Origin: Amoebidium appalachense
Lineage: Eukaryota; Protista; Ichthyosporea
Reading direction: 5' to 3'
Assembly (NCBI GenBank): GCA_963693365.1
Contig: CAVNZM010000005.1
Coordinates: 12,175,728-12,239,727, forward strand
DNA length: 64,000 nt
The notes beneath the pieces were generated by a model. It worked only from the letters and a program-made list of their open reading frames with translations. It was not told the DNA's origin and ran no database searches. The position numbers and the translations under genes were made by a program. This document shows, piece by piece, positions 25,326 to 41,791 of this stretch (the first letter of the stretch is position 1; each line of letters opens with the position of its first letter).

Positions 25326-25967
25326 CTGGCCGCGTGTGCCTTTCTACCCGTTCTCTGTCTTTATTTTGATTCAGTTGTACTCTGCCTTATCCTAAATAGT
25401 CCAACTGTTTACAACTGCGTGGGACATCATTGCCTGATCTAGTCCATCCCTCTTTCGCTAACGGGCCGTGTGCTGTGTTCACAGGGCATATTGGCGCGTA
25501 TTTGGATATCTGGAAATTGGTTTCCAAATCCCACACCATTAACGGGGGGAGGAAAATCTGCAGACACGTATGAGTTAGCAACCAATACAAGTGTGTTTGC
25601 ATGTGTATGTGTGTGCATGTAGTTGTGTGTATATGTGATGTGTGTAACGTGTGTGTTTGTGTGGGTGTTTGTGCCTTGCGTTCGGAAGTGCGTGTGCCGC
25701 AGGCGTGCCTGCGTGTGTGCATGCACGTGTACATGTGCGAATAGCATGTTTCATATGTTTGTGTGTGGACGAGGGGGGGGGGGGGGGGGTACCCCCTACC
25801 CTCCTCCTTAAATCCCCCTCCCCCCCCTTCATACCCATAAAAACATGGAGAGAGTGAGACTTAACCCCAAACAGCTGTACGTTTATGTTGTGTTCAGCAC
25901 CTTTTTTGCGCGTCATAAAAAAGACCATGCTTTCGTGCGCGCACACACACCCACTCTTTCGCGCGCG

Positions 25968-26019
<52 letters not shown>

Positions 26020-26121
26020 CACACACACACACACACACACACACACGCGCGCGCACGCACACGCGCACACATCCACACACACACACCGGCACACACACAC
26101 ACCCACACACACATCTCTCTG

Positions 26122-26226
<105 letters not shown>

Positions 26227-27103
26227 GCTCTCTCTCTCTCTCGGGTCTCTTTCTCTCTCTAAACCTGATAGGTAGTCCATGGGTCGTCCTTCCCCCCCCC
26301 CCCCCCCCCCCCCCCCTCCCGTTCCCTCCTCCCCCTCTCAACCTTGCCCCTCCGCAACTATAACCCCAACCTTACGTGCACCCATTGCCTCCGTTGGCAT
26401 CCCTTTTGGCCGTCAAAAGTGCGTGGCCCACCCACTTACCAGCTTGTTGAACTCATTTCCACTTGTGACAAGTTTCCTCATGTTCTCCCTTAGCTGATTC
26501 GTAGTGTCTGGATAATACACCACAGGACAAACGGGTTGCTCCCTTGCATGGCGCTCCAAACATTCGGTTATCCATGCCTGACATTCGCTACTGCCCCACG
26601 CTGGGTATACAGAACCAGTGTGCACAATCTGACATACAGGCCTGATTTGCTCCCCTGCAGCAATCTCAATTTCCTGTTCACTCTGGTCACCACTTATTTG
26701 TGGCGGTGATTGCGTTTGCGAGAGCAGAAATTGAGCGCTTAGTACTAGCAGAAGTAAAGCCCACCACCACAACGTAAGTGGGGTAAGGGCAGCGTGTCTG
26801 ACCCTGCCCATTTTCAAAGGATGAGAAACACGTAGCTGCAGCTGCAATGAGAAGAAAAAGGCCGCAGCCACTGCCACACTACACGCCGCAGTGTATTGTA
26901 TAGTAGCAGGTATCACGTGGTACTGCAACGACTTTCTGCATTGAAATTAGCGAGCCTACCCAAGAATGATTGTGCTAAAATTTTTCGGGTTTGCCGTTTA
27001 TACCGTCACACCATACTGAGTCGGCACACGCGAGGCGCCCGCCGGCCGGGCCGTGCGGGGCGATTTGGCGCCAAAGTTTGCGCAAACTATGTAAACCCTA
27101 GGT

Positions 27104-27278
27104 GCACTGAATTCAAGTTGCACTGAATTGAATTTACATGAGCACTGGCGACGCCGACGAGCTTTTGCACTGAATTCGATGCACTGAATCATCATGTGCC
27201 GGCTCGGGTTCGCGCCCCCAGCCCGCGCCGGTCGGTTTCAGTGCCCGGAAAGCGATTCAGTGCACCCAATTCAGTGCA
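27104..27278. repeat. Cluster of GCACTGAAT motifs (four direct, two inverted), probable subterminal transposase-binding sites
   Basis: Direct copies at ~27104, 27120, 27167, 27181; ATTCAGTGC at ~27255 and 27269. The cluster lies upstream of the transposase-like gene. Confidence 0.55.
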
Positions 27279-27496
27279 TCATACCCCCCACCCCAGGACA
27301 TGCAGTACAACCCTTTTGGCGAGTTCCAAGGACCAATCGTCTCATCCGAGACTTCGGGAAGACCCCCCCCTTTCTAGATGCGCCCACCTGGAAGAGGATA
27401 GGATTTAATCTAAATTTTATGCAAACTTTAAACTTTTAACAGATCAATTGGATTGCAAAAGTTTTATACGTAAATTTAACAATCTAGATATTTAGA

Positions 27497-28867
27497 GATT
27501 TGGCTGTCAAGATTTACGCCGAAAACGATGACCCTATTAATAACTTTCCGCCTGCACTTCTCTATGCTGATGATCTGTCCCTCCTTGCCCGTACCCCTAG
27601 ACGCCTGCAAAGATTGTTCGATGTAGTGTCAGAGTGGTGCAAGGCAAACCTTATGATCCTTAACATAGACAAATGTGGTGTTCTTGTACCTGATATAGCT
27701 AACAATTTACACACATTTACATTATCATCTAAACCTGTACCTATAGTTCCAGAATACAAATATCTTGGTGTTCCGGTTGATTCTGTTGGTGTTATGTTTC
27801 CCCATATGGTCGAAAAGAGGGTAGAGTTGGCTCGTAAGCGGTTAGCTTTCTTCTCGGCTAATATTTTTAAAGACACACCCCTCCATCCTTCTATTAGACT
27901 TACATTTATTCGCACTTTTGTCTTCCCGGCATGTGAATATGGTTTACCCCTTCTCGCCGCTTGGATCAAGAAAGAGAGAACTAGAGCGCTTAAACCCTTG
28001 GCAAATTTCCTTGAAGCAGAAGTTGCCTCCTTTCTATCTAACAACTGTTGTAAACCTGGGCCTGTAACGCTCTCGATATATGGTCTGGTCCCAATAGCTG
28101 CTAGAGTATCCTATCTCGCGCTGAAATTCAATAAGCACATAAGCCGCTTAAAGAAGTATTTGCCCTCCCACCCTCTCTTCTCTATCCGACCTGTCCCCTC
28201 CTCACCTCTCCCCTCTTTTCTCCCCTCTCTCTCCCCTTCTCCCCTGGGCACAAATACAAATAAACCCCGCAATAGTGTGTGTGTGACTTTGGACTGCCAC
28301 TTACTTATTAAACATGTACACAATCACAAGATAATCACGCAATATAACAAATGGAAAAAGATACCACACGACACTAGACCCGATGAAAGCATACACCTTG
28401 AAAAACTAAGCCTTATGTCTCGTTTTATATATACTGACCGCCTCAACCATATTGCCAAATATGGCACTCGCAAGTGTATAACACCTAAATACATATTACC
28501 TTCCTGTAGAACTGGTCTTTCTCTAGCTGATGGTATTATTGATCAATTACCACGCTTTTACTGTACACGTGCTATACAGTGGAGATCTAATAAGTATAAG
28601 GTGGCATCATTTGCATGCCCAAACAACACACACACACACCAGTTTAACCGGTCATGTATCGCCAAATGTAGTTTGATAGACCACATAATACCGCAACACA
28701 CACACGTCACATTCACAACAGACACCCAGAAAGATAGCCTACCTGTAAATTACAACATCCTTGATTTTATACTAAACACGCGTAACTACGACCTGTTTAT
28801 TAGATGTATTGATTGGCTTGAGAAACACATCACTACAAAATTATAGCGCACGCGCACACACACACAC

Positions 28868-28920
<53 letters not shown>

Positions 28921-28952
28921 CCAGCTGATACCGAGTTTCCCGAGGGGAGCCC

Positions 28953-28999
<47 letters not shown>

Positions 29000-29197
29000 G
29001 GGGAACCCCAACTAATTGATTTCTCCTTGTAGTCTTTATGGTGTCTCGTAGAGAAAGTAAACCCTGATATATAGTCACCACCCGACATCTATGTACGTGA
29101 TCATGATATACCGCTGAGGGGATATTCCGAGCAAACCCCCCCCCCCCCATACCTGAGACTGGTTCTCTTTGCCTCGAGTAAACAGCGTAAACCCCCT
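27497..29197 (+). mobile_element. 5'-truncated non-LTR retrotransposon (LINE)
   Basis: 12-bp TSD TAGATATTTAGA at 27485-27496 and 29198-29209; RT ORF; 3' part repeated at 58334-59066. Confidence 0.92.
27500..28846 (+). CDS. C-terminal part of LINE reverse transcriptase (truncated)
   Basis: LLYADDL, KCG, YKYLGV and FVFPACEYGL motifs; C-terminal WR...C...FNRSC...C...ILDFILN. Confidence 0.9.
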   Translation: MAVKIYAENDDPINNFPPALLYADDLSLLARTPRRLQRLFDVVSEWCKANLMILNIDKCGVLVPDIANNLHTFTLSSKPVPIVPEYKYLGVPVDSVGVMFPHMVEKRVELARKRLAFFSANIFKDTPLHPSIRLTFIRTFVFPACEYGLPLLAAWIKKERTRALKPLANFLEAEVASFLSNNCCKPGPVTLSIYGLVPIAARVSYLALKFNKHISRLKKYLPSHPLFSIRPVPSSPLPSFLPSLSPSPLGTNTNKPRNSVCVTLDCHLLIKHVHNHKIITQYNKWKKIPHDTRPDESIHLEKLSLMSRFIYTDRLNHIAKYGTRKCITPKYILPSCRTGLSLADGIIDQLPRFYCTRAIQWRSNKYKVASFACPNNTHTHQFNRSCIAKCSLIDHIIPQHTHVTFTTDTQKDSLPVNYNILDFILNTRNYDLFIRCIDWLEKHITTKL

Positions 29198-30544
29198 TAG
29201 ATATTTAGATCAAGATATTGTGATCCGGTGCCTTAACTTTCTTTCGGAGCTACCGATGCTAGCCTCTGCTTACCCATAATATGTAATAGGGGTGTCATAT
29301 ACTACGATGGCGCTCATTGTTGCCTAGCATGTACATATGTCACTGGCTGCATTTGATTGGCTGTGCTGGAAAACGAAGTAGGCCGTCGAATGTGGCTGGG
29401 CCTCCGGCAGTGTCCACGCATTAAAAAGTGTGTAAACCCATTTAGATCAACGCGAAGCGGCTCAGTATATCTGAGATCTGGCGCCAAGCGATTGGCTACA
29501 GATCGGTAGAGTCTAGCCAATCATAATGCCGACAGGCACTTGAAGTTGAAACTATTAGTCACCCTGAGTGCTGTCTCCCTGCGGCCTCTTCTTCTTCTTT
29601 TTATTTATTTATTTATTTATTTATTTATTTTTTTATGTTGCCGCATGGTTACTCGTCAGTCTTCACTGTGCAGATTGTGCTATGTTTTAATTCTCAAACA
29701 TTCCAATCAGATCTGCCTAGATCTTCAGTAGATCTCCTTCGTTTTCCCATACTATGGTGTGACACGTGTCGGTTTGGTGGAGCCACTGAGATAAGTTAAC
29801 GTCAGTATCGAGTATTCTCGTTGCGTGACACATGTGGCAATAAGATAGCTATTCGCGGGGGTATAATACATGAGCACAGTTTGCAATAGGTTTACTTCGA
29901 TTCTTTGGCACATTTCGATTCTTTGGCTTGTTCAACGTCATCGATGCTGACTGTGCACCTCTATTTCCGTTGCAATACACGATCCTGTACATAAAGAATG
30001 GAAACCCAACATCAGGTACCGCTTGCATATTGATACTCAGATTCAGGTATCCGCATGCAAGTTTTGCTGACCATCTTCAATCTCATGTTGTAAGGCTACT
30101 TCACCTTTCTCTGCTCAAACCCATTACAGAGAACTCGTGGTGATGCCTTGACCGCCATTTCACACACCAGATTCGCGGAACTTCCGATGAGCCCGTATGA
30201 TGTGTGTTTGTGCACGAACGAAACTACTCTACCGGGCATTAACTTTTCGATTTTTTGTTTTCCTCGTGGAATTGAATGGGTCATGTGAAGTATAGGTGGG
30301 AACACCGTACAATTTTCTTTGTTACCGTTTTGCTGACTTAGACACTGGCACGTAATGCGTAGATCATCACCTCAGAGACAGAACGTCTTATAACCAGCAC
30401 CTTCACCAATTCATCCTGTACGAAGAACCACACTGCACCTTTTGAACTACGTTAACACACACGACCCCCGTTCCATCAACAAGGTGTCCACATCACTTTC
30501 AGCACCATCACATTTTGCACATTTTGCAGATCTACTAGCCAGCC

Positions 30545-33123
<2,579 letters not shown>

Positions 33124-33651
33124 CAGCCTCCAAATCACGGGTGCATGCAGGAAGTGATCAACTCGTCTGCCATTGGAACGAACACAATGGAGTCATCGGC
33201 ACCGCTGCAGCATAAGTGGGCACTCCCCCCCCCCCCCCCCCCCCCCCCCTTCTCCCCCCCCCATCCCCCCCCCCCCCCCCCCCCCACCCACCAAAAAAAA
33301 AAAAAAAGAAAGAAAAGAAAAGAAAAGAAAAGAAAGGAAAAGAAAACAAGAGAGAGAAAGAGGGGGGGGGGGGGGGGGGGAGGGAGAGAGAGAGGGAGGG
33401 AGGGGGGAGAGAGAGAGAGAGAGAGGGAGGGAGAGGGAGGGAGAGAGAGGGAGAGAGGGAGAGAGAGAGAGAGGGAGAGGGAGAGAGAGAGAGAGAAAAG
33501 AAAAAACAAAAACAAAAAAAACTACAGGAGCACACACATGAGTGCGCCCGCACATACACAAGCACACGCGCACGCACGCATGCGCGCGTGCAAACACACA
33601 CACACACACACAAACACGCACGCACGCACGCACGCACACCCACACAAACAC

Positions 33652-33729
<78 letters not shown>

Positions 33730-33881
33730 GCCTTCTCCCCTACCTTCCTCCCTTTTAAAGCCATCGACAGACTACTACCTTGTTCCCACCTCCCCCCCTC
33801 CCCCCCCCCCCCTCTCTCTTCCTCCCTCCAGCCCTCCCTCCTCCCCCCCCCCCCCCCCCCCCGGGACCCCCTTCGGGGGAC

Positions 33882-35608
33882 CCCAGGACATGAAGTACCA
33901 GCCCGCCAAAATATCTCTTATCCAATAGAATCGCGATCTACGATCTAGATAACAGGGTTCGACATTTGGGTTTCACGGTCGGGTATTTTCCGAGGTTTCG
34001 TGACGTCACGCATTTTGGCCTCGCGAAAGGTGGGGGTATTTCCGGGATAAACATACTTTGGATAAATCAGATATATTTATGCATACCTATCCGCTAATAT
34101 GTAAATATATCCTGTAGCTGGCAGCCCGAGCTCGAGAAGCCAAAACACACATGGTTCTGGTGAAAACTCAGTCTTGTTTTTCACCACGCATGTAACCACC
34201 CGCCTACCGCTCTTACCCGCACCATTATAACCAGATACTGCGTATGGTAATAACGCGAAAAGGCAGAAAAAACAGGAAGAGAAAAGAAAGAGGGAGTGAG
34301 ATAGCGAGAGGAAGAATCAGGTGGAAAGAGGGTAGGCTGAGGACATTCAGAAGTAGCGTTGGTGAATCGGGGGGGAAGAGGGATGGAGGGAGGGGGGGGA
34401 AAGAAAGCATAAAGAGGGTGACCATCAGGTAGCCTAACTAAATGAAAACAAAAACGAAGAGACAATTCCTCCATACGACAAGCAGCAGACGACAATCCAA
34501 ACATACTGATTAAGGGAGGCACAAACCGAGTACGAAACAAAGTGCGTAGCGCAGTACCCTGAAAATCGTCGAACTCGTTCAGCGCCATTGCCGCCTCGCG
34601 AGGTGGGGCGCAGGCCAATAGCGGAAGTCCATATTCGAAAGTCGGCCGTAAAAAAGTTTTATAGTAGAGAAGAAGGTTCGCAGGATGGATCACAGACTCC
34701 TGTTGAAACATATTTGACACGATGTGAAGCTTACCCTTCGCACGAGCGATCCGTGCCGTGAGGAGCTTGCGGAAATCAATACCCCGTGCAGTAAAAGGAA
34801 TACCCAAATTGTCATAGGTGCTCTGAACAGGAATAGGGAGGCCGGCCAATCGAAAGGAAGTGTTCTTCGAAAAAGTAGCACACTTTGCAATTCCGACTGT
34901 CATGAGGTTCTCGGTGCACCATTGATCCACCTGACGAAGCATCTGGTGCATGACATCTTCGGTTAAGGAACAAAGAACAATATCATCCGCAAAAAGGAGA
35001 CCCGGTACACGGCGGGTATGCAGTTGGCCAAAGGGTTCGAGGGCGCAGGCTAAATCGTCAATGAAAACGTCAAACAACAACGGACTCAGGAGGGACCCCT
35101 GCAGAAGACCCCGGGAACGGGAAAACCCGGGTGTTAATGTTCCATTGACCGCCGCTCGTCCGCGAGTGGTATCGAACAACGCTTGCAGAAGACGGCCAAA
35201 GGGGGCTGGTAAGCCCCGCATAGCCAGCTTATGCCATAACAAACCAGTGGGTACGGTGTCGTAGGCGTTCTTAAGGTCGATGAAGACAACGTGTACATGT
35301 AGGTAACTTCACAGAGGCAGCCAGGCAGACATATATAGACACAAAAACCTTGTATGTATACCCTATAACCCTTGTGTACCCCATAGTACCCTAGTCGCCC
35401 AAGGTATTGTACCCCGTCCCTCAGCAAGTGGGGTATTTTGTTTTCGGGGTGGGGTATTTTGTAGGGTATTTGCTAGATAATTAAGTTTCTAAAGCGAATC
35501 GAGCAGACTTGTAGATATTTAGGGAACGGCATTGGTTCTCTTAATTTGCCGAGTATTTGGATATTTGGATCAACGCGAAGCGACTCACCAATACATCTGT
35601 GGTCTGGG
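33882..35608. mobile_element. Non-autonomous CCCAG-ended element, copy 2, containing an internal LINE RT fragment
   Basis: CCCAGGACATGAAGTAC...ACATCTGTGGTCTGGG imperfect inverted ends; repeated GGGTATTT motifs on both sides of the RT fragment. Confidence 0.6.
34231..35300 (-). pseudogene. Internal fragment of a second, related LINE reverse transcriptase
   Basis: FIDLKNAYDTV, GLLQGSLLSPLLF, LLFADDI and FLRPTFEYGL motifs; truncated at both ends. Confidence 0.9.
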
Positions 35609-36239
35609 AGGACCGGCCGGTTGACGGTCTGTGTGATGTACGAGGTCCTATTTCCCCCTTTGCCACTTGAAATGTTAAAAGAATCGGTATTTATTGTTGG
35701 CCATGGCTGGTTTATGCAGGCCTGTAATCTTACATACGAAGGTTCAATATGGGCGTACTTTTCGAAGCAAAATGGAAGCCCTCAATGATATGGCATCTGC
35801 GGAAGGGGGTTTGTTACGGTTCGTGGCTAAATTTGCGGACACCTATTTTTTCATTAGTTTTCGAACGACACACAAAATCAAAGCCGGAAAAACACAGAAA
35901 GCTAATTAGGCTCCTATGCAAACAACTGAAAATTTAAAAGTATTGCAGAATAAGGCCCTTTGGCGATGGGGTGTTTTATTTCACTCTATAGAAATGATAG
36001 AAACTCCTAGCAATCTTTAACTACAGCCTGGAAAATTGGCTCTGCAACAATTGGGAGTTGTGGGGGAACGGCCGGCCCCCCCCCCCCCCCCCCCCCCCCC
36101 CCTCCCCTTAGGGGCCTTCGGGCCCATCCCCCTCTCCTTTTTTCCTCGAGCTCAGTCGTCTTTTCGAGGCGAATATGCCCGGTGAGGATTGTGTCACCAC
36201 AACGTGCGCGCACGCCCAGGCACACGCACGTCGCACGTC

Positions 36240-36353
<114 letters not shown>

Positions 36354-36528
36354 ACACACGCACGTGCACGCACGCAAGCACACGCACGCATACCGCACAC
36401 TCACACGTGTACACACACACCGTGGCGCGCGCACTGCGCACACAAATGCGCGCGTGCGTCAGGCATACGCACAAGCACACGCACGCACACACACAGGCAC
36501 ACACACACGCGCGCGCGCGGGCGCGTGT

Positions 36529-36596
<68 letters not shown>

Positions 36597-37155
36597 CACA
36601 CCTGCACAGGGTAAACCCGGCACTCATTCATTCAATGCATGGCCCATGATGAGCATGCATGCTGCAGGTATCATGCTCTCGCTCGCTCACCTTCGGAATC
36701 CTTATGACATGAGATTGAGGAATCAATGAGGATACTGCATCTGCAGGAAGTGTCCATCTTTTGCGCGCATCGTGCAAGTGTGCAGTAAGATGTTTCGGAC
36801 ATCATACATTTCGGCATACAAGCCTAGCGTCGTTTGTGCATGTTTGAGTTGGGATTTGGGCCGTAAATGTTTGCGTGCAAGCCCGAAGGGCCGGTAGGTG
36901 TACATGTGTGGGCGTGATCATATCCACGTACTACTGTACACTTGCGAACGATTGTGCTTGCCTGGGCGCCTAAATACTCATAATCTGTGCCTGAATGCCC
37001 CATCATGCATATATATGACGCCGTGCCTGCCGGTTGTGTGTGCGTGTGCATGTGTGATGCAGTGGAGCATTGCAGCGCAATGGTAGGCACATGGCTTGAT
37101 ATGTGTTGTACATGATAAAAAACACAATTGTATGCCTCAAGTTATGCTGTGGGGA

Positions 37156-37186
<31 letters not shown>

Positions 37187-38487
37187 AGGGGGGGAGGGAG
37201 AGGGAGGGAGGGAGGAAAGGCCGGACATAGCGATCAGATCTACACAGTGTAGATTACAGAGTGCGCAGAGCTCGAGCCCAACATTCTATTCAGAGGTTGT
37301 GACATCCTTGTAAGGAAAATGTGTGGCCTCCCCCATGGCTTCCATTCCTTTCTTTCTTTGGCAAAGACTTTTCTCTTTTTTTTTCGTGGTAGTGGTAGTG
37401 GCGTACACGTGTGTGTGTGTGTGTTGAGGGGAGAGGGGGGGGGGGGGGGGGGGGGAGGGGGGGGGGGGGGAGAATCGTTAGCAACCCCCCACATACCTGG
37501 CACTTCAAAGTTCCTGCCAGTGTACACGTACCCGAGCCCGACACCTTCTTCTCTCCTGAATTATTTGCTGAACATTCATATTGCCTCCAACACTACAGAA
37601 ATGGAGCTTTAATTAAATTGGTTCACGGCGACACATGTGCACCATATCCTTGTACCCCAGACAATCTTCGTTTCAACAATAATAGTATCTTGTTTCCCGC
37701 AACTGTTCGTCTTTGTAATCAATATTACGACCATCACTATCATGTATGTGCAAAAGATTCGGAAGTTGCAGCAATCCAGCCAACTTCTGAGTCACATGCC
37801 ATAGTACAGCTTACGGATTATCTTCCGCTTGACTATGCAGGTTCTCCCCGATGCAGGTAGGAATGCGGATCGCGAAACGTTCAAGCACAGTACGTCAACC
37901 AAACTTAGAAGGATTTCCATGTCTGGTCACTCCTACCTGCTATGTACGTCCACATGTGTTTTATTGCAGCTGGATATCATGGTTTTCCAGTTTTAATTGT
38001 GGTGGTGAATACAACAATCAACGTTTCAAATGTCCCATACATGCCCGTGGCCACCACGCTAAATCTGCTTTTCATACTATAGTGCGCAACAGCTACGCAG
38101 TACACATTTCCTAAGTGATAAAATTCTAACTAGGATTCAGCTTCAAATAGAAGTGCTTGCGCGCCTGACAGGAAAGGTACCTTCAAATCAACATAAAAAT
38201 AACAGTTACTTGCAGCGCCTGTCGGCTATTACTTTCGCCAAGCAACAAACACACAAAACACACACAAACCCAAAAACCCACACATACACACAGCACAAAC
38301 CCGCAGCAAGACGAAAAACACGGGGCACAAAAGACCCGAAGGGAAAACAAAATTTAACACCAGTGAAGCACCGATCCTTTGGCCAGACCGTGCTGAGTCT
38401 CAGAGCAAGGAACCAAAACAACAACAAGAAAAAACACCTGGCACACTATCAGACCTCAAAACACGAATATTTGCTCTATTGTGAACG

Positions 38488-38958
38488 TTAGATGGCATCT
38501 GCGCGCACATCAACGATCAGTTCATCTTTCCCTGCCAGTAGTTCTTGAACCTCGGCCACGTCGTTGATTCTTCGGCCATTCACGGAAACTATGACGTCCC
38601 CCAGGCGAAGGCCAGCCATGCCACAGGGGCCGTTTCGCCACACGTATGCCACGACAAGATCACCGCGCTTGCCACGGGTTTTCTGGATCTGTATGCTGGA
38701 TCTGCGTGCTGGATGTGCAGGGAGAACAAGAGTGCGACTGTTTCCTGTTGTCGAAACTCGTTCGAATTCGGCAGCTGGAGCAACCGAGCTCGAGACAGGT
38801 GTGACAGTCAAGCAAAGGGGTTGGCAAGGGCGATGTTCCAGCAGGGTTTTTATGACATCTTCGTGTGTTGCCTGCTTGTCACTCGGGACTGCCTTGGTGT
38901 GCATGATACCCAAAATCTTGTTGCAGAGAGAAGACACTGCAGTTAAGCCGCCGACCAT
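38488..38958 (-). CDS. PDZ-domain ORF (possibly the last exon of a longer or degenerate gene)
   Basis: LVVAYVWRNGPCGMAGLRLGDVIVSVNGRRI matches the PDZ consensus. Confidence 0.75.
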   Translation of the reverse strand: MVGGLTAVSSLCNKILGIMHTKAVPSDKQATHEDVIKTLLEHRPCQPLCLTVTPVSSSVAPAAEFERVSTTGNSRTLVLPAHPARRSSIQIQKTRGKRGDLVVAYVWRNGPCGMAGLRLGDVIVSVNGRRINDVAEVQELLAGKDELIVDVRADAI

Positions 38959-40588
38959 TCTTTTTCAGTTGTCTTAGGAGGGTGATTGTCGACTGTGGTC
39001 AAACTTGGGGCAGATTTGTAGATGTTGAAAAGAGGAAAGGGCAGCGGGGCCCCTTACATCAATCTATCCATCGTGAGGGAAATCAAGCCATATAATGGCC
39101 TTATTCCATTACACAGAGAAAGAGAAGAAACGTGTGTTTTTTTGGAGAAACACAGACGTGTTTGGTAACTGAAAAGAATGAGCCTTTTACCTACGTACTG
39201 GCAGGGTGAAGCCACTTCAACTTGCATTGAGCCAGTTGATCATGCGTCAAGAATGAACGTACGCTAAATGCATAGCATGATTTGTAGACTCTTTTCAAAA
39301 ATGGTAGACTGTTAAACGTGCAAAAGCCTTAAGACTCTACAACGATTCGTAGATAAACCTCTGCATGCTTATGGTGATTATCAGCTTCGAGTGAGCCCTT
39401 GTCCTTTCACCAATCAAACCAGCGCTAGCGACAGGGCTGAAATGACGAACCCTCAGCATCAAACTCTTTACATTCATCATTTTTGTGCTAAATATTGTTA
39501 GCATAGGCACATTATTGTATCTTCAGACACTTTACGCTATTTATTACCCAGCCTTTTTGGCATATTCCCGACTCTGTCAGCCTCCTTCAGGTAAACCAGC
39601 TACCAGTGCCCAAGTCCGATACCCGCCCCCGCAACTACGTCACTGTGTATAATGACTTCAAGCCAATCATAGGTTGCTTTCAATGATACCGAATCACCGA
39701 TACTTTTTGTTGCGCAAAAAGTGATCCATTATATGCCCTATTTATGGTCAAAGGCTTTCTTGAAAATGTGCTCAAATTATACTTATTAGCTGTATCTCTG
39801 TTATTATCCCTCAAAGTGCTAAGATTAATTTATTTTCAATATGAAGATATGTGTAGATTTGATGTCACACTCACCTCCAAGTTCCAACACCGCATATGCA
39901 ATCATGAGCAGGTTGCAAATTTGGATTTTGCCGGTTTCATAATATTCGTGATCGGGTCATATGACTCATGATCGAAGACTCAGGAATCATCATTAGACCA
40001 AGTAACAAATAGTCCTATCTCAATAGAACATCACCAGACGAAATAATGTTTTATATTTAAACAATAAATGCATATATTCAATTATCTTCCGCCATATATA
40101 CTCATAACATTAGAGCATGTAATACAGCAAGCTCTCCTTGTCGAACCTGGACTTTGAGCCCGATGTCAGAAGTTCTGTATGGGTCGACCCGTAAAAGATC
40201 CTCACCCGACCCGGAAGTAAATACTCCCCATAGCTCCCGGCCTTGTGAGTGGCTATCTACGCACCATCAACCAAAACTTTGAACACAGTTTTGGAAGTGT
40301 TCGGTGCGCGTTCGAACTTCACAGAGACGAACGGGAAAAAAAAAAATAGCTAAGGTAGACGTACTGGGCTATGTACGTGCGTGTGTACGCGTAGACGTGT
40401 GCACGTGTGCGGGTGTGCGTGCGTGTAGATCTTTCAGCTAATTCCCCTCAGAGATTTTACCAATCGATTCGTTCTGTGAAAGCATCTTGGCAGAAAATAC
40501 GACACTGATCTATGGACAAATAATTGCACCTTTTCCCCCCTCGAGTTATAAGCTGTTAACCTGCTACCTATAAAAGCAAAGCGCGAAA

Positions 40589-41710
40589 ATGGGGAAAGAC
40601 GATGGAAAGGGAGGGGCTGCAGCTGCTGGGCCCGAGAACCCTGAAGTAGACATGTTTGAGGCACTTGGAAATCTTGGCAAGTGTCTGGAGGGGATTGACC
40701 CTGTAGATAGGATGAAGATTCAGGAGGAGGTGGCAGATTTGGTGCTGGTGATGGGAAAGATGGCAAAGGTGCCCGCCGCAAATGTTATCCAGCTTGCTGC
40801 AGACTTGCTCAAGGGTGGATGCTCGGAGGTAGGTGATGAGTGTGATGTTGTTTGCATCATCTTTGTCATGTAGTAGTTTTGCCACGCTTTCAAAATTTGT
40901 TTGCCATAGGCTGTTGTTGGCGCCTTGATTTAGTGTCTTGCCTATTGTTCTACCGTTGTGAGCCGTGTGCGTCTTCTGGACTATTTTCTGCGCGTGTGCT
41001 TCGTAACATCCACAAGGCAATGATCACACGGTAAGTTTTTGGAGTGTTCCAATCACGGTTGTCCCATTGTTGTCTCTGGTGTGACTGCTTGCTCACGTGA
41101 ACAGTGCTCTAGATCTACTGCAAGTTAAACTGGCATTCTCCATCCCTCTTTCTTCACATCATCTACATACAAGCGGAAATCAGATTACTGCACGACCTAT
41201 TCATATGGGCTTTACCCCATGCTCGTGCCCCGCCTGCTTCATGCTATGATCCTAACTAAAGATCTCGCTGCTCTCGTCATGTTTTGGCACGTGGAAAGCT
41301 GCCCTCCATCTGGCTTACTTCGTCCGAGCTCCCCGATCCAAACTTCTTGTCGCCTTCCTCCACACCAGAATTAGGACAACAAACGCCCCCACAGCCCAGC
41401 CCCCCCCCCCCCCCCCCCCCACCCCGCCTTCCCCTCCCCCCCCTCCCGGGGAACCTATCACGTTTTTCTGTTGGTGCTTGCATGCTTATCCTCTCCCCAA
41501 CCCCCCGTCTCGTCCTCACCCTAGCAGCAACTACCGTTCTAAAACTTTGTATTCTCTTTCATGTGGCCCCGTATCATTTGCCTCCAGCTACCAGCTTCTT
41601 GTTTCATTCTCTCTCTCTATTCAGCAGCTCACACATAAACACATGTTTATACAATACACATTGAATGTACAGTCGCACACGGGTATGCAACACAAAGACA
41701 CAAAAACGTA

Positions 41711-41791
<81 letters not shown>

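Larger units (their letters stand above)
16562..25413 (+). mobile_element. Solo LTR (~480 bp; 16562-16958 plus 25331-25413) split by the Gypsy insertion
   Basis: Termini TGTAAACA...TGTTTACA; 5-bp TSD ACTGC at 16557-16561 and 25414-25418. Its removal restores the transposase frame. Orientation is guessed from a TATATAA near 16875. Confidence 0.85.
27292..29482. mobile_element. Non-autonomous CCCAG-ended element, copy 1, carrying a LINE insertion
   Basis: Left end CCCAGGACATGCAGTAC and right end ATTTAGATCAACGCGAAGCGGCTCA...ATCTGGC are homologous to the ends of 33882-35608. Confidence 0.55.

Noticed and set aside
36630-38114. Cys/His-rich ORFs and exon-like pieces
   Set aside because: No consistent frame or motif on either strand. 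Possibly a decayed gene, but unsupported.
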